This document shows positions 1 to 10,821 of a DNA stretch of 64,000 nucleotides, one piece after another. The notes beneath the pieces are model-generated. The model ran no database searches, was not told where the DNA came from, and was given only the letters and a program-made list of their open reading frames with translations. Positions within the stretch are counted from its first letter, which is position 1; each line of letters begins with the position of its first letter. The translations under genes and the position numbers were made by a program. Location: positions 124,001 to 188,000 of IMG/VR virus record IMGVR_UViG_3300044644_001125; one strand, 5' to 3'.

Positions 1-136
1 TATTATGGTTATGATTGCGAGGCACGTTAGTGCCGAGCTAATCTCTCTTTTTCTGTTATAAGGATAAATAAGTGTAGTCCACGGATTTGGCGATCCTGAC
101 TACTTTAGAACTATTAACTTTAGAGGAGTTCCAACT

Positions 137-1444
137 ATGACTATTTATGCCAAAATTTTAGCAACAAAAGAACACAACGAACGTCAACTAAGAATCTACG
201 TAAAATACATCGCAAAATGTGCAGTATTAAACGAGAATCTTTCAGAAGATACCTACACAGAGCTTCATCATATCTGCCCTAGAGTATTCTTTCCTGAATA
301 CAAAAATCTAAAAGATCATCCTTGGAATGGGATACGATTAACACTAGGCCAACACTTCACAGCCCATTTGATTCTTTCAAACGCATATACGTTTAACGGT
401 GCTATGTCTCAAGCATTTTACCTTATGTGCACACAGAATGGAAGTAAAGGTCAAGCAGTTGTTGATAGGTTCAAAAACTTGAAAACCTACTACGAAGATG
501 CTCGTAACCTAGTCATCAACTCTCAACGCGGTTTAACTATGGTTAAAAACAAAGAAACCGGTGTGTTTGGTCTGATTCCGGTAGAAGAGTACACTGCAAA
601 TCCTGATTTATACGAAACTGCCACTACTGGCATGGTAACAGTTCGCGATATTGAAACCGGTGAAATAATGAGTATGTCATGCGAAATTTACCACGCGAAT
701 AAGGACAAGTTTACTGCCATGAATACTGGAATCGTGCACGTCACAGACAAATTGACTGGTGAGAAGAAACGCATACCATCAGAAGAATATCAAGCAAATA
801 AAGAAAGCTACACAACTTCTGGGTCTGGAGTGACTACTGTTAGAGAATTAGCAACTGGTATTGTAATGAGTGTACCCGTCGATGAGTACTCAAACAATAA
901 AGATCGATTCGAAAGCATTGTTACTGGAACTACAACTGCAAGATTAATAAGCACCGGTGAGATGGTTGTTATCCCAGTAGAAACATACCATGCAAATCGT
1001 GATTTATACGAAACTGCTACTACTGGTCTATTGACTGCAAAAAACAAATTAACAGGTGAATCTGTTAGATTGACCAGAGAGGAATATGAGGCAAATAAGG
1101 ATTTGTATCACTTCCACACATCTGGAGTGTCAGTTATATCGACTATTACCGGTAAGAAATCGCGCATATCATGGGATGAATTTGAAAACAATCCTACCTT
1201 GTATTATAGAGTAAGCAATGTACGGTCAATATACGAACTAGGGAGTTACTCAAAACCAATAGATTATGTAAAACTACCACACGAAGTCAGTAATAAGTCC
1301 AGTTGGGTTCATAACCCAACCACTGGTGAATGTAAAAAGATATCAAAACACGAATACGTTGAATTAGATTGGTTAGCTGGTATCACACCAGAATATAAAA
1401 AACAATTAGAACGTGAACGTTACCATGCTAACAAAGTAAAGTAA
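137..1444 (+). CDS. HNH homing-endonuclease-like protein with seven ~33-aa C-terminal repeats
   Basis: N-terminal ELHHICPR..NGIRLT..QHFTAH HNH motif; repeats of TTG.vtv.d..TGE...i..eeY..N.dlY; TAAATA and GAGGAG upstream. Confidence 0.75.
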   Translation: MTIYAKILATKEHNERQLRIYVKYIAKCAVLNENLSEDTYTELHHICPRVFFPEYKNLKDHPWNGIRLTLGQHFTAHLILSNAYTFNGAMSQAFYLMCTQNGSKGQAVVDRFKNLKTYYEDARNLVINSQRGLTMVKNKETGVFGLIPVEEYTANPDLYETATTGMVTVRDIETGEIMSMSCEIYHANKDKFTAMNTGIVHVTDKLTGEKKRIPSEEYQANKESYTTSGSGVTTVRELATGIVMSVPVDEYSNNKDRFESIVTGTTTARLISTGEMVVIPVETYHANRDLYETATTGLLTAKNKLTGESVRLTREEYEANKDLYHFHTSGVSVISTITGKKSRISWDEFENNPTLYYRVSNVRSIYELGSYSKPIDYVKLPHEVSNKSSWVHNPTTGECKKISKHEYVELDWLAGITPEYKKQLERERYHANKVK

Positions 1445-1451
1445 TTATCTT

Positions 1452-1802
1452 TTAGTACCCTGTCGTGTTGGAATCATTGCGTGGTTCCTGCACTTCAGGT
1501 TTTTGATGGAACTTCTTTCTATCAGGTTTTTCCGGTTGAAACTTTTGAAATTTACCAGAAGTTGATCTTACTGGTGGCGAAATTTTAAATTTTCCATCTC
1601 TTTGATCCGCTGCATTCTTTGCACAAGATTTAGAAAATGAAGGATGACCATTATTTGAAATGCAGTTGGATGGGTCCGTTATTTTGTGTTTTTTGGACCA
1701 GTCAAATCCACTTTTCGACCCGGAACAGTCTTTCGTGCACGGTAATCCGTTGTATGATAACCCTGAATAGGTCAACTCTGTTATAATTTCATGTATTCTC
1801 AT
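1452..1802 (-). CDS. late hypothetical protein with capsid-targeting-like N-terminus
   Basis: MRIHEIITE start; TAAATA at 1808-1813 (minus); CTKDCSG motif. Confidence 0.55.
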   Translation of the reverse strand: MRIHEIITELTYSGLSYNGLPCTKDCSGSKSGFDWSKKHKITDPSNCISNNGHPSFSKSCAKNAADQRDGKFKISPPVRSTSGKFQKFQPEKPDRKKFHQKPEVQEPRNDSNTTGY

Positions 1803-1976
1803 GTTTGTATTTATTCACTAAAAGATAATCAACCCAACTAGCTCGAGCCTATCGGCTCTCGCAAATTCACATAACCCAACAAGCTCGGCACTAACGTGCC
1901 TCGCAATCAACAATTCAACCTATATTATATCACATCTAACATAACCACCCAATAAATACCTATAGGTACTAAAACT

Positions 1977-2732
1977 ATGGAGGGTTTGTACGTGAAGAAA
2001 TTACTAACCGTGGCTATCAATAGCTACAATGTTGCACCGCTACGCGGTTGCGTAAATGACAGCAATAATATACTAAATGTGTGCGCAGCTAATGGTTATC
2101 AAACAGTTCAACTTATTGAAGACCAAGCAACCAAACACAATATTATGACTAAGTTACTAGAAATCAGCAAAGAACTAGTTGACGGAGATAAGTTTATGTT
2201 TCACTACTCTGGTCATGGTTCACAAATTCCATGCAACGATGGCACTGAAACCGATGGTTTAATGGAAGTGCTTTGCCCATTTGATTTAATCAATCCGAAT
2301 GGTAGTTGGAACAATACATTCATCATGGATAACGAGTTACATGATATATTCTGTCAGTTTGCACCAGGTGTTGAAATCGAATGCTTACTTGATTGCTGTC
2401 ATTCAGGTACTGCAACTAGAGATTTAAAACCAAATGTTGCTTATCGTTATATTAGTGCAGGTGTTATCAACTCAGAACCTATGGTTATTAAGTTTAATGT
2501 CTCTTGTACACGTGAAGTTATCTGTTGGTCTGGGTGTAAAGACGAACAAACATCTGCTGATGCATTCTTAGATGGTACGTATCAAGGTGCATTTACAGCA
2601 GCACTGCTAAAAACTACAGGTACTAGACGTGAACGATTTGCAATGCTTACTGCTATTTTAAAGCAAGTTGGCTTTCCGCAAGAGCCGCAGTTAACTTGCG
2701 CGGAATCTCTGTTGGATCAACCTTTGTTTTAA
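1977..2732 (+). CDS. metacaspase / peptidase C14 family
   Basis: LRGCVND, FHYSGHG (His), LDCCHSG (Cys), SGCKDEQTSAD, GAFT motifs; true start may be GTG at 1992. Confidence 0.9.
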   Translation: MEGLYVKKLLTVAINSYNVAPLRGCVNDSNNILNVCAANGYQTVQLIEDQATKHNIMTKLLEISKELVDGDKFMFHYSGHGSQIPCNDGTETDGLMEVLCPFDLINPNGSWNNTFIMDNELHDIFCQFAPGVEIECLLDCCHSGTATRDLKPNVAYRYISAGVINSEPMVIKFNVSCTREVICWSGCKDEQTSADAFLDGTYQGAFTAALLKTTGTRRERFAMLTAILKQVGFPQEPQLTCAESLLDQPLF

Positions 2733-2867
2733 TTCTGTACTGGCTTGCTATTTCGGATACTGCGGCATGCCAATTGGCTTCAGTATCCAAACTACCATTT
2801 AACCACCGGTAATAAGCAGCTTCTTCGACCATCTTGCTGTATTGTGTGTAATTAACTAAACCGCTTC

Positions 2868-3869
2868 TCATCTTACACCTACCAAGTTTGATTTAAAGAT
2901 TTCCCAGCAATTCTCCCAAGTCCATTTGGCAGCACTAGACTTCACTGTCTCACGGTCCAAATGTAAGCATTTCGTGATAGCATACTCTAAGTTTTCATTC
3001 ATCACGCCATTGACTCCTTGCACAAGTATATCAATTGGACCAGGAACTGGATACGCAGCAACACCACACCCCATAGCCAGCGCTTCGATAATAACAATCC
3101 CGAATGTATCTACACGGCTTGTGAATACAAATACATCTGCTTGGTTATAATACTCTGCTAACTCAACACCATGTTTGTATCCAACGAAGTTTACTAGCGG
3201 ATAACGTTCCTCAAGCTCTGCTCTATGTGGACCATCACCAATAACAGTAATTGCATAAGCAGGATTAACCGATAACTCACATAAGTCTTCAATGCCTTTT
3301 TCTTTAGAGACTCGACCAACTGAAAGTAACTTAATCTCGTTATCAGAAGTTCTTGGTTCAGTTGGAATGAACTTTTCTCGGTCAACGCCACGTGTCCAAG
3401 GAATAACAGGAACTTTGAAACCGTGTACTTGTAATTCTTTAACCATACTCGTAGTTGTAGTTAATACTAAATTAGAACGAGCATGGAACCAACGAACATA
3501 AGCATAGGTTAAGAACTCAGGAATGTTATACAGCGTCTTAACAAACTCTGGAAAACGCGTATGATAGGATGTGTTGTATTTGTACCCATTAAAACAGCAC
3601 CAGTTACGAACTGCCACCCCAATAGGCCCTTCGGTACTGATGTGAATAAAATCTGGGTTAATTGATTTGATAAGTTTACCAACCCCAAATGGAATGCTTA
3701 ACTTGACTTCTGGGTATCTAGGTGCAGAAAAGTAACAGAAGTCACTAGGTGTAATATACTTTACCTGATAACCATCTAGCAGTGCTTGCTTTTCAATATT
3801 AACAAAGGTAGTTACTACCCCGTTGATTTGACCATGAAGATTGTCTGATACTATTAAAATTGTTTGCAT
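2868..3869 (-). CDS. glycosyltransferase family 4 (GT-B)
   Basis: QINGVV, HISTEGPIG, SYHTRFPE, VGRVSKEK, DTFGIVIIEALAMG motifs. Confidence 0.9.
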   Translation of the reverse strand: MQTILIVSDNLHGQINGVVTTFVNIEKQALLDGYQVKYITPSDFCYFSAPRYPEVKLSIPFGVGKLIKSINPDFIHISTEGPIGVAVRNWCCFNGYKYNTSYHTRFPEFVKTLYNIPEFLTYAYVRWFHARSNLVLTTTTSMVKELQVHGFKVPVIPWTRGVDREKFIPTEPRTSDNEIKLLSVGRVSKEKGIEDLCELSVNPAYAITVIGDGPHRAELEERYPLVNFVGYKHGVELAEYYNQADVFVFTSRVDTFGIVIIEALAMGCGVAAYPVPGPIDILVQGVNGVMNENLEYAITKCLHLDRETVKSSAAKWTWENCWEIFKSNLVGVR

Positions 3870-4208
3870 TCTGCGACTACCTTGAACCCTGAGAATTTTA
3901 GTTTGTACTCTAACGTTTTAGCTGTTTGAATACATTCTTGTTCTGATTTTAAATTTAGTTTGATTTCCCCTGGAATGTCAGTTGGATCAAACAGGTTAAT
4001 TGCGAGTAAGACTAAGGTCCACATACTTTAACTCCGTTGTTTGGTTAGTTTGTATTCTCTATCTTGTTTTATCATCTCTTTGATGATGATTGGTGATATT
4101 AAAATCACGATGATGGTTACAACGGTATTAACTGCAATTGTGAAAAGACATTTGCCCACTTGTTTCTCCTAACTTAAATGTATTTAAGAAGAGTATAACA
4201 TGTAAGTA

Positions 4209-4601
4209 TTACAGGAGTGTGTCAGTTGGTTCTAAAAGATAATCTAAATCATCTTTTAGGTCAGGGAATTGGTTCTTTAGCCTAGCAGCCAATGACTTCT
4301 GTAGTTTGTTATTCTTAGTATTACCAGTACCAGATTCGTTATGTGAGAACAAACCAAACAAATATAGTTTTGATGGTGAACCAGCTATTCGGTATACTAT
4401 GCTAATATCCTGTGACAAATGCGCATGTTTAAGTTTCATTTTTCCAAGAGGACCATCCGAGTTGTATGGATAATCAGACGATCCAAATTTCTGGGCTGGG
4501 TTTTGTGCTTTCATTCGAATGAAGTCATTTGCCTTATTTTCCAATGTTCGATACTTAATAAGTGATTCGTCATACGCAGGACACATTTCAACCTTAAGCA
4601 T
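4209..4601 (-). CDS. RelE/YafQ-like mRNA interferase (putative)
   Basis: HAHLSQDISIVYRI..LFGLFSH resembles YafQ CHI.PD..LIY..GSH; start MLKVE overlaps upstream stop. Confidence 0.55.
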   Translation of the reverse strand: MLKVEMCPAYDESLIKYRTLENKANDFIRMKAQNPAQKFGSSDYPYNSDGPLGKMKLKHAHLSQDISIVYRIAGSPSKLYLFGLFSHNESGTGNTKNNKLQKSLAARLKNQFPDLKDDLDYLLEPTDTLL

Positions 4602-4758
4602 CAGCTTCACCACTGCAGATTTTTCTATTATGTGCAATAGCTTCTTCGACTGTCATTTCAGTCCATGGTCCATTAAGTGCAGCATCCAATATCTTAGCAC
4701 GGTCTTCATCACTGAACAACTGATCATCGTCAGGTCTTGCAAATTCATTTAATCTCAT
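4594..4758 (-). CDS. small acidic protein, putative antitoxin
   Basis: directly upstream of and overlapping the YafQ-like gene; one copy of SDEDRAKI..NGPWTEMTVEE motif. Confidence 0.4.
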   Translation of the reverse strand: MRLNEFARPDDDQLFSDEDRAKILDAALNGPWTEMTVEEAIAHNRKICSGEADA

Positions 4759-5077
4759 CGTTTTCTCCTCTTGTATTTTCACAAAGTTTTCGGGTATGCT
4801 CTATCATCTCATCTGCCGTTCTAGTAACCCATTTGCCATTTTCAGCAGCATCTAAAACTGTAGCAATATCTTCTTCACTAAAATGATCGCCACACGCGCA
4901 GTATTCTACATCTTCTTCATTATCTTTTAGTGCAGACTGGGCAATCTTATCATGCAACTCAAGTAACTCTTCTAAAGTCATTTTAGTCCAAGGACCATTC
5001 TCAGACGCGATTATTCTAGCAATATCCGCTTCACTAATCAAGTCATATTCGTTTGTGAATTCTTCATCTTCGTCCAT
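4745..5077 (-). CDS. acidic protein with two copies of the antitoxin-like motif
   Basis: SEADIARI..ENGPWTKMTLEE and SEEDIATV..ENGKWVTRTADE. Confidence 0.45.
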   Translation of the reverse strand: MDEDEEFTNEYDLISEADIARIIASENGPWTKMTLEELLELHDKIAQSALKDNEEDVEYCACGDHFSEEDIATVLDAAENGKWVTRTADEMIEHTRKLCENTRGENDEIK

Positions 5078-5268
5078 ATCAAAACCTATCCAAGTTGTCT
5101 TTAACCCATTTTAGAACACTTATGCGTTCATTATCTTTTAGGTCACTGCAAAGTACGGATGCTTTAATCGCATCTCCACGTACAGTGATTATCATTCGCG
5201 GTTTTGAATCAATCGTATCTGACCAAGAAATGGATTCTCCAATTTTCAAATAGCCGTTTAGTTTTGTA

Positions 5269-5661
5269 TCATCTGGTGCCAGTATCATATAGTCTCTCTT
5301 TTATACTTAATATTGAAATCATGTGTAAGTTCTTGAGTTCTTCTTTCTCTTCGCATTCAGGTAATACATCTAAATCAAAATACCTAAACGCGCTGTCATC
5401 TTGTAAAGCTGCATTTAAACAAACCGCAGGTGTTAACTCATAAACATACAGCAGAGCTTCTAAGTTTTGTGCAACTGCTGCTTCACAAATAGCAGCAGTT
5501 TGTTGTTCTACAAATTGAAGTGCTAATCCGTTTTGAGTCACTGCAGCCAAACAAATTTCAAAAGTCTGCGTATCGACCCATTCCAAAGTCATGCCATCAC
5601 GCCGTACCGACGCAAGACATTGTTCAACTGTTTGATTAGGAATAGCACGTAAATCGATCAT
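5269..5661 (-). CDS. DUF4116-like repeat protein
   Basis: repeats QT.EICLAAV.QNGLAL.FV. Confidence 0.75.
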   Translation of the reverse strand: MIDLRAIPNQTVEQCLASVRRDGMTLEWVDTQTFEICLAAVTQNGLALQFVEQQTAAICEAAVAQNLEALLYVYELTPAVCLNAALQDDSAFRYFDLDVLPECEEKEELKNLHMISILSIKERLYDTGTR

Positions 5662-5827
5662 ACCGGCAAGACTTGAATGGTTACACTTATCTTTTCATCT
5701 AACGCTTCGATAAACGAATCATCATGGATTAATTCCTGCATAGTCAAGTCGATCATATTCTCGACCATCCCGACGTTAGCCCTTCCATCGCCACCACATT
5801 CAATGGTAAACATATACTGATATTTTC

Positions 5828-6391
5828 TCACGCAAACTGCTCCTCTATACTCGCTGTTATCCCAAAAATAGAATCTAATTCTGGATCGATTAGGTTCTTA
5901 ACTGTCTCTGACGAGTAATGACTAATGTCAACAAAATCATCTAACCCATTGTCCCAAATACCACAATAACCCAATCTTCTTTCCCAATAATAAGCAACCA
6001 CATCAAACCCAAGTTCAACCAACCGTTCATACACATCAAATGGTGCTGTATCAACAGTATCGAACTCTAGTACGGCAGTCCCATCAACCACTTCCGATTT
6101 CAAGAATGTAGAATCGATATCACGTGTACATCCCCATTCTGCAATACAAAACTCGTAAGCATCGGAATAGCCAAACTTAACTCTATTGGCTTCTCTAGTC
6201 AAGTCAATGTCTTCAGACTCAACGTCCAAAAACAATTCACGCGGAATTGGCATCAACGCACGTAACAAACCAGAACCATTAAAACCAGCCACTGCTTTAT
6301 CCAATAAAGCAGCATCTGAATGTTGTAACTTTACAATGTTAGTAACTTTGTTTAACATAACAACTCCTAGATTACTCGGATGATTGACCAT
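5828..6391 (-). CDS. YubB/DUF1281-like ferredoxin-fold protein
   Basis: MPIP.EL, EWG, EFDT...P, AYYWE..GYCG pattern. Confidence 0.5.
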   Translation of the reverse strand: MVNHPSNLGVVMLNKVTNIVKLQHSDAALLDKAVAGFNGSGLLRALMPIPRELFLDVESEDIDLTREANRVKFGYSDAYEFCIAEWGCTRDIDSTFLKSEVVDGTAVLEFDTVDTAPFDVYERLVELGFDVVAYYWERRLGYCGIWDNGLDDFVDISHYSSETVKNLIDPELDSIFGITASIEEQFA

Positions 6392-6860
6392 TTTCTATTT
6401 TCTGTGCATGATACTTTAAAATATCACCTAATGAGTTTAAGTACTCAGCTGTTTGCATCGGTGTTTCTGCAGTTTTTAATCTGAATAACCCAGTCTCAAT
6501 AATACTAATAATACTTTCAAGTTTAGCAGGTGGACTTTCTGTTTTGTTCTGCCAAGCATAATCAACTTTCAGCAAGTCTATAGTTTCAAGAACCTTGTCA
6601 ACTGCCTTTGCGTCATACCCACCAATAATCCAAGAGTGCAAATGAAATGGCGTAGTAATCGTATCCCAGTCATAGATAGTCGCTACTATACCATCCTCGA
6701 ACTGGATTGTCCACATGCAAGTGACTTTCGAATCTACTGGGTCTGGTGATGGTCCAATGTTTGGTTGTCCAAAGGTATTGACTAAGGTATCGTAGTCAGT
6801 GGCTATCTGGCCTTGTTGATGGGCACCAGTGGCATTGACTTGGTCTGTTGTGAACTTCAT
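6372..6860 (-). CDS. hypothetical phage protein
   Basis: 162-aa ORF; YDTLV.TFG.P..KV..W...ATIYDW pattern. Confidence 0.6.
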   Translation of the reverse strand: MKFTTDQVNATGAHQQGQIATDYDTLVNTFGQPNIGPSPDPVDSKVTCMWTIQFEDGIVATIYDWDTITTPFHLHSWIIGGYDAKAVDKVLETIDLLKVDYAWQNKTESPPAKLESIISIIETGLFRLKTAETPMQTAEYLNSLGDILKYHAQKIENGQSSE

Positions 6861-7087
6861 ACTAATCCTCTTTTGTGGTTGTTTAAGGCTATTTAACTGG
6901 TTTGTAAAAGGCTAAGAAATACAAGATGACTAAGATCGAATCGTTAAACAGAAAGAATTTCAAATCAGCTTCAAAAGTTTCAATTTCTTTTAGATATTCG
7001 TCAACTATTATTGCTGCAGATAGGGCAAACATTAAGGGTACTCCTACATCTGCTATTCGTTTGTGCATGGCTTTTCTCCTAGGTATA

Positions 7088-7381
7088 CTAGTATATATCT
7101 CGCACTGGTACAATACTATAATGCAATTTTAATTTCTCGCCATCACCCAGTTCCAGGTATCCAGATCTTATGTCAACTATACCAGTATCACAGATGTACC
7201 AAAAGTCTAAGTATGCAAACGTCGAAACTCCATGGACTTTTCCACGTATCGAAAATAATTCCGCATAAGTAGGAAATCTCCAGCCTACTTGATCGTTTAT
7301 AACAAGTGAGAAACAATACAACTTTGCTTCATTTATGGTCAAATCTTTCCAGTATTCGATTGGTGCTATTTGTATAGTCAT
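7088..7381 (-). CDS. mini DUF1566/Lcl-like family protein (dispersed copy)
   Basis: IAP.EY..EAKLYCFSL..GWRFPT..VPVRD. Confidence 0.75.
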   Translation of the reverse strand: MTIQIAPIEYWKDLTINEAKLYCFSLVINDQVGWRFPTYAELFSIRGKVHGVSTFAYLDFWYICDTGIVDIRSGYLELGDGEKLKLHYSIVPVRDIY

Positions 7382-7693
7382 TGTTTGTAATTATAACTTA
7401 AAGATAATTGATGTCAAGTTCATGATTGATTGCGAGGCCTGATAGGGCCGAGCCTAATGTTAATGCGTTATTTGCTCTTCTTGATTAATGTAATTACTTG
7501 CGAGGCCTGATAGGGCCGAGCCTTGCTGTATTTTGCGAGGCCTGATAGGGCCGAGCCTTTGTTTAGGTAGATTCTATTATCTTTTAGAAAGGTTGTCAAG
7601 AGGTTTTCTTAGTGGAAGGATAAATAAGGGTGTAACTCGCGGATGGCCGTCCCAGTTACTCTAATGCTTTCAATCTTACAGGAGAACATCAGC

Positions 7694-8755
7694 ATGACTA
7701 TTTATACGTTTGAAAAAGTAACAGAATTACTTACAGAATTAAACTTGGAAACAGTTTATCACGGGAAACGTGAACCTCATATCAAATCTAAGTATCCAGA
7801 TATACACCGAGCAGTTTATGATACAACCTCGTTCTTGGTAAAACCAACGTTTACTGAACGTTTATTCTACTATGCAAACGGTGTAACATCAATTGAACAA
7901 ATACCAGAATGTAAATGGTGTGGAAAACCTGTCAATTACAGTATACAGGCTCGTGCATTTAATGATTTTTGTTCAAGTAACACTGGATGTGGTTTTAAAT
8001 ATTTCTGTGAACAGAATGGTGTTGAGGGTTCAGCTCAGTTGCAATCAGTTAAAGATTCGTATAAAGCAACCTGTTTAAAAAAACACGGTGTTGATAATGC
8101 GAGTAAATCACCTGCAGTTCGTGCTAAGATATCAGCTGGTAAGAAAGCTGGAAAAGATAGAGCAATGGTAGATCTAGTTGAACATCTCGGATGTACTCCG
8201 TTGAATATGACAAAGGACGAGTATTATCTAGCAGTAACTCGTATTACCGAACACGCATATTCCAGAAATATCGACACCCTAGACCCAGATAGACTAAGAT
8301 CACCCGATTACCATATCGACCACCAAGTCAGTATTTTTTATGGGTACCAAAACGAAATTCCTCCATTTATAATTGGTGATATAACCAATCTTAGAATGAT
8401 GGATCGCACTAGTAATATATCTAAAGGATATCGTAATTCTATTACAATTCACGAACTAATTGCGAAATATAACAACCACTATGGCACCGACGAGCAAGCA
8501 CCATTAACCGAAAATCTTGAAATACCTAAAGCTCAAATCGGTGTTGATAATGGTTTGAAGATGACGTACTACGTTGAAGAAGCAGGTGTATGTCATGTAT
8601 GCGGTGGTGAGGCTCATTATATGCGAAAAGATGATGGATCCCACCAGTGTACACCACAGAAGAAGCATTGTCCAGAGATGCAAAAATACTACCTTGAACT
8701 AAAAAAACAGAGATACAAACAGAAAAGACTTTTGGAAAATCAAACGTCTCAGTAA
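7694..8755 (+). CDS. HNH homing-endonuclease-like protein
   Basis: CKWCG zinc finger, TCLKKHGVDN, HIDH..NLR..NISKG HNH; RBS AGGAG before ATG 7694; TAAATA at 7621. Confidence 0.75.
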   Translation: MTIYTFEKVTELLTELNLETVYHGKREPHIKSKYPDIHRAVYDTTSFLVKPTFTERLFYYANGVTSIEQIPECKWCGKPVNYSIQARAFNDFCSSNTGCGFKYFCEQNGVEGSAQLQSVKDSYKATCLKKHGVDNASKSPAVRAKISAGKKAGKDRAMVDLVEHLGCTPLNMTKDEYYLAVTRITEHAYSRNIDTLDPDRLRSPDYHIDHQVSIFYGYQNEIPPFIIGDITNLRMMDRTSNISKGYRNSITIHELIAKYNNHYGTDEQAPLTENLEIPKAQIGVDNGLKMTYYVEEAGVCHVCGGEAHYMRKDDGSHQCTPQKKHCPEMQKYYLELKKQRYKQKRLLENQTSQ

Positions 8756-8805
8756 TTTGAACAAAAGCCAGTAGACTCAACATCCACTGGCTTTTCTATT
8801 ATCTT

Positions 8806-10008
8806 TTAGTCTGTATAGTGAACGGTTTGTCCATACGAAGCGGTAGCGGATTCATTACCGAATACGATAAACAATGTATCCACTAGTTCACCGATGGCTG
8901 GCACCTCGTCGCTCACATACAGGTCAGTAAAATTAAGGAGTTTTTTAGGGCTTAGATTATTCTCTTTTAGGTATTCTAAAATACATCTATAATCTGTGCC
9001 ACCACCACCAACTGGTTCATAAGTTAACAAATCACCAGCATTGTCATGCGTAATTAAAATTGGATTGTAAATGTCAACATCATAACAGAATAAATGAATT
9101 TTATAATCAGTATACTGACTCATGATACCAGAGATCTCACCTAAGAATATAGAGATTTCGTTTTGTCCAATAGATCCACTCATGTCTAAAGCAATTGCAA
9201 TGTCAATCGTTTGTTCTGGAATCATACCAGGTAGAATAGCTCCAGATGCCCAACCTTTACGACTAGGTCTACTGAATGAATAGTTACTACGAACAATCGA
9301 TTGAATGTTCATCTGTAATAGTTCACGCCAATTCATTTTAGGTTCAGTCATATCTTGAATCAGTCTTTTAATAGCAGCAGGTACATTACCAGCGGCGGCC
9401 GCATGTGCTTGGACCATCGCTTCTTTCAAAGAATCTCTGATCTCCTGCCATTCTGCTTTTGAAAACTTAGGTCTACCGCTACCTTCTTTACCATCTTCGT
9501 CGCCGTCGCCATCACCGCTATCATCTTGAGAGAGGTGGTCGTCTAATGAATCCATGCCTGCGAGTATGTCATCGAGTGACACTACGGTCGCGTTTTCAAT
9601 AAGTAATTCGTAGATCTCCTCCCAAGATTTTCCACGATAGACTGGATCCAAGCACAGAGGAACTTGATCAATAACCGTTCCAATCTTTTCATCTACGAGC
9701 AGTATGTTTATGGCGAAATCTTGGGCTATATTTGACAACCGAGCATCTCGTGAGCCACGCCGCAAAAAATGTTCAAAACAAATGTGAAGAATCTCATGAC
9801 CGAATAAGAATTCAAGTTGTTTAACTGATAGTTTTTCAACGAATTCGGTGTTGTAATAGAAGTCTTTCCCATTAGTGGCCGCCGTTTGGCACCACGAACT
9901 GCTCTCCACAAGTTTCATCCGAGATGCCAAATTACCAAAAAAGCTAGCCCGTAGCATGAGACCGATGCGAGCAACCGTGAGTTTTTCTTCGATGGGAGTT
10001 AGTAACAT
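8806..10008 (-). CDS. DUF2201-type metallopeptidase-like plus VWA domain protein
   Basis: TAATNG, HEILH (HExxH), DMSGS MIDAS, GGGGTD, FTD. Confidence 0.85.
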   Translation of the reverse strand: MLLTPIEEKLTVARIGLMLRASFFGNLASRMKLVESSSWCQTAATNGKDFYYNTEFVEKLSVKQLEFLFGHEILHICFEHFLRRGSRDARLSNIAQDFAINILLVDEKIGTVIDQVPLCLDPVYRGKSWEEIYELLIENATVVSLDDILAGMDSLDDHLSQDDSGDGDGDEDGKEGSGRPKFSKAEWQEIRDSLKEAMVQAHAAAAGNVPAAIKRLIQDMTEPKMNWRELLQMNIQSIVRSNYSFSRPSRKGWASGAILPGMIPEQTIDIAIALDMSGSIGQNEISIFLGEISGIMSQYTDYKIHLFCYDVDIYNPILITHDNAGDLLTYEPVGGGGTDYRCILEYLKENNLSPKKLLNFTDLYVSDEVPAIGELVDTLFIVFGNESATASYGQTVHYTD

Positions 10009-10039
10009 AATGTATATTCCTGTTGTTTAGTTGTTAAGG

Positions 10040-10205
10040 TGAGTGTATTGTAGCTAAAAGATAATTGACTGTCAAGTTGTTTCTAAAAGATAACTAAAAG
10101 ATAATTGATTCATAATGCACCATATACTAAAAGATAATTGGTATATCTGGGACCTAAAAGATAATTGACTGTCAAGATGTTTCTAAAAAATAACTAAAAG
10201 ATAAG
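10040..10205 (-). promoter_or_regulatory. sigma70 promoter region with multiple TAAAAGATAA sites
   Basis: minus strand TTGACAgtcaATTATCTTTTAGctACAAT; six copies of the motif in 165 bp. Confidence 0.65.
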
Positions 10206-10517
10206 GTACCCATAATACAAATCCAAGAATACCAAATCTACTTATCAAGTTTCATAACTACGGAACCGTTACAATTGTAGAATCCAACCTGATGTATATC
10301 ACGAGAAGCACCAAGGTATTCACAACCCGATTCTGTTGCTATTTGAGTTCTGGTATCTTTTCTAGTATAGTCCAAGTAACCACCGATTAGGGTGAAGGCT
10401 ACAGAGCCTACTAAGACAACTACAATGATAATAGCAAGTACGATATCTTTCATGTTTGAAGCCTCTATATAATTGAAAAGACTAAAAGATAATCCCTCAT
10501 CTTTTAGTCTATAAAGT

Positions 10518-10802
10518 TTAAGCTAAGATAGCCAGTACGTCATCTTCGATCATCTGGGTTAGGGTATCATCGTCGATTTTGATATCAGTACCAGCGGTTT
10601 TAAGGAATAGAACACGGTCACCGACTGCTACGTGCATTGGTCTTGTAGAGCCATCTGGCATTTCCTTACCTGGACCAGCTGCAATGACTTCACCGATACT
10701 TGGTTTTTCGGCAGCAGCACCAGGGAGTACAATACCGCCTGCGGTAACAGTTTCAGTTGGAATCTTTTTGATAAAGAGTCGGTCGTTTAAAGGTTGAATC
10801 AT
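10518..10802 (-). CDS. groES: co-chaperonin GroES
   Basis: PLNDR..TAGGIVLP..EKP..GEVIAAGPG..VGDRVLF. Confidence 0.95.
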   Translation of the reverse strand: MIQPLNDRLFIKKIPTETVTAGGIVLPGAAAEKPSIGEVIAAGPGKEMPDGSTRPMHVAVGDRVLFLKTAGTDIKIDDDTLTQMIEDDVLAILA

Positions 10803-10821
10803 AGGGAACCTCTTAGAATTG

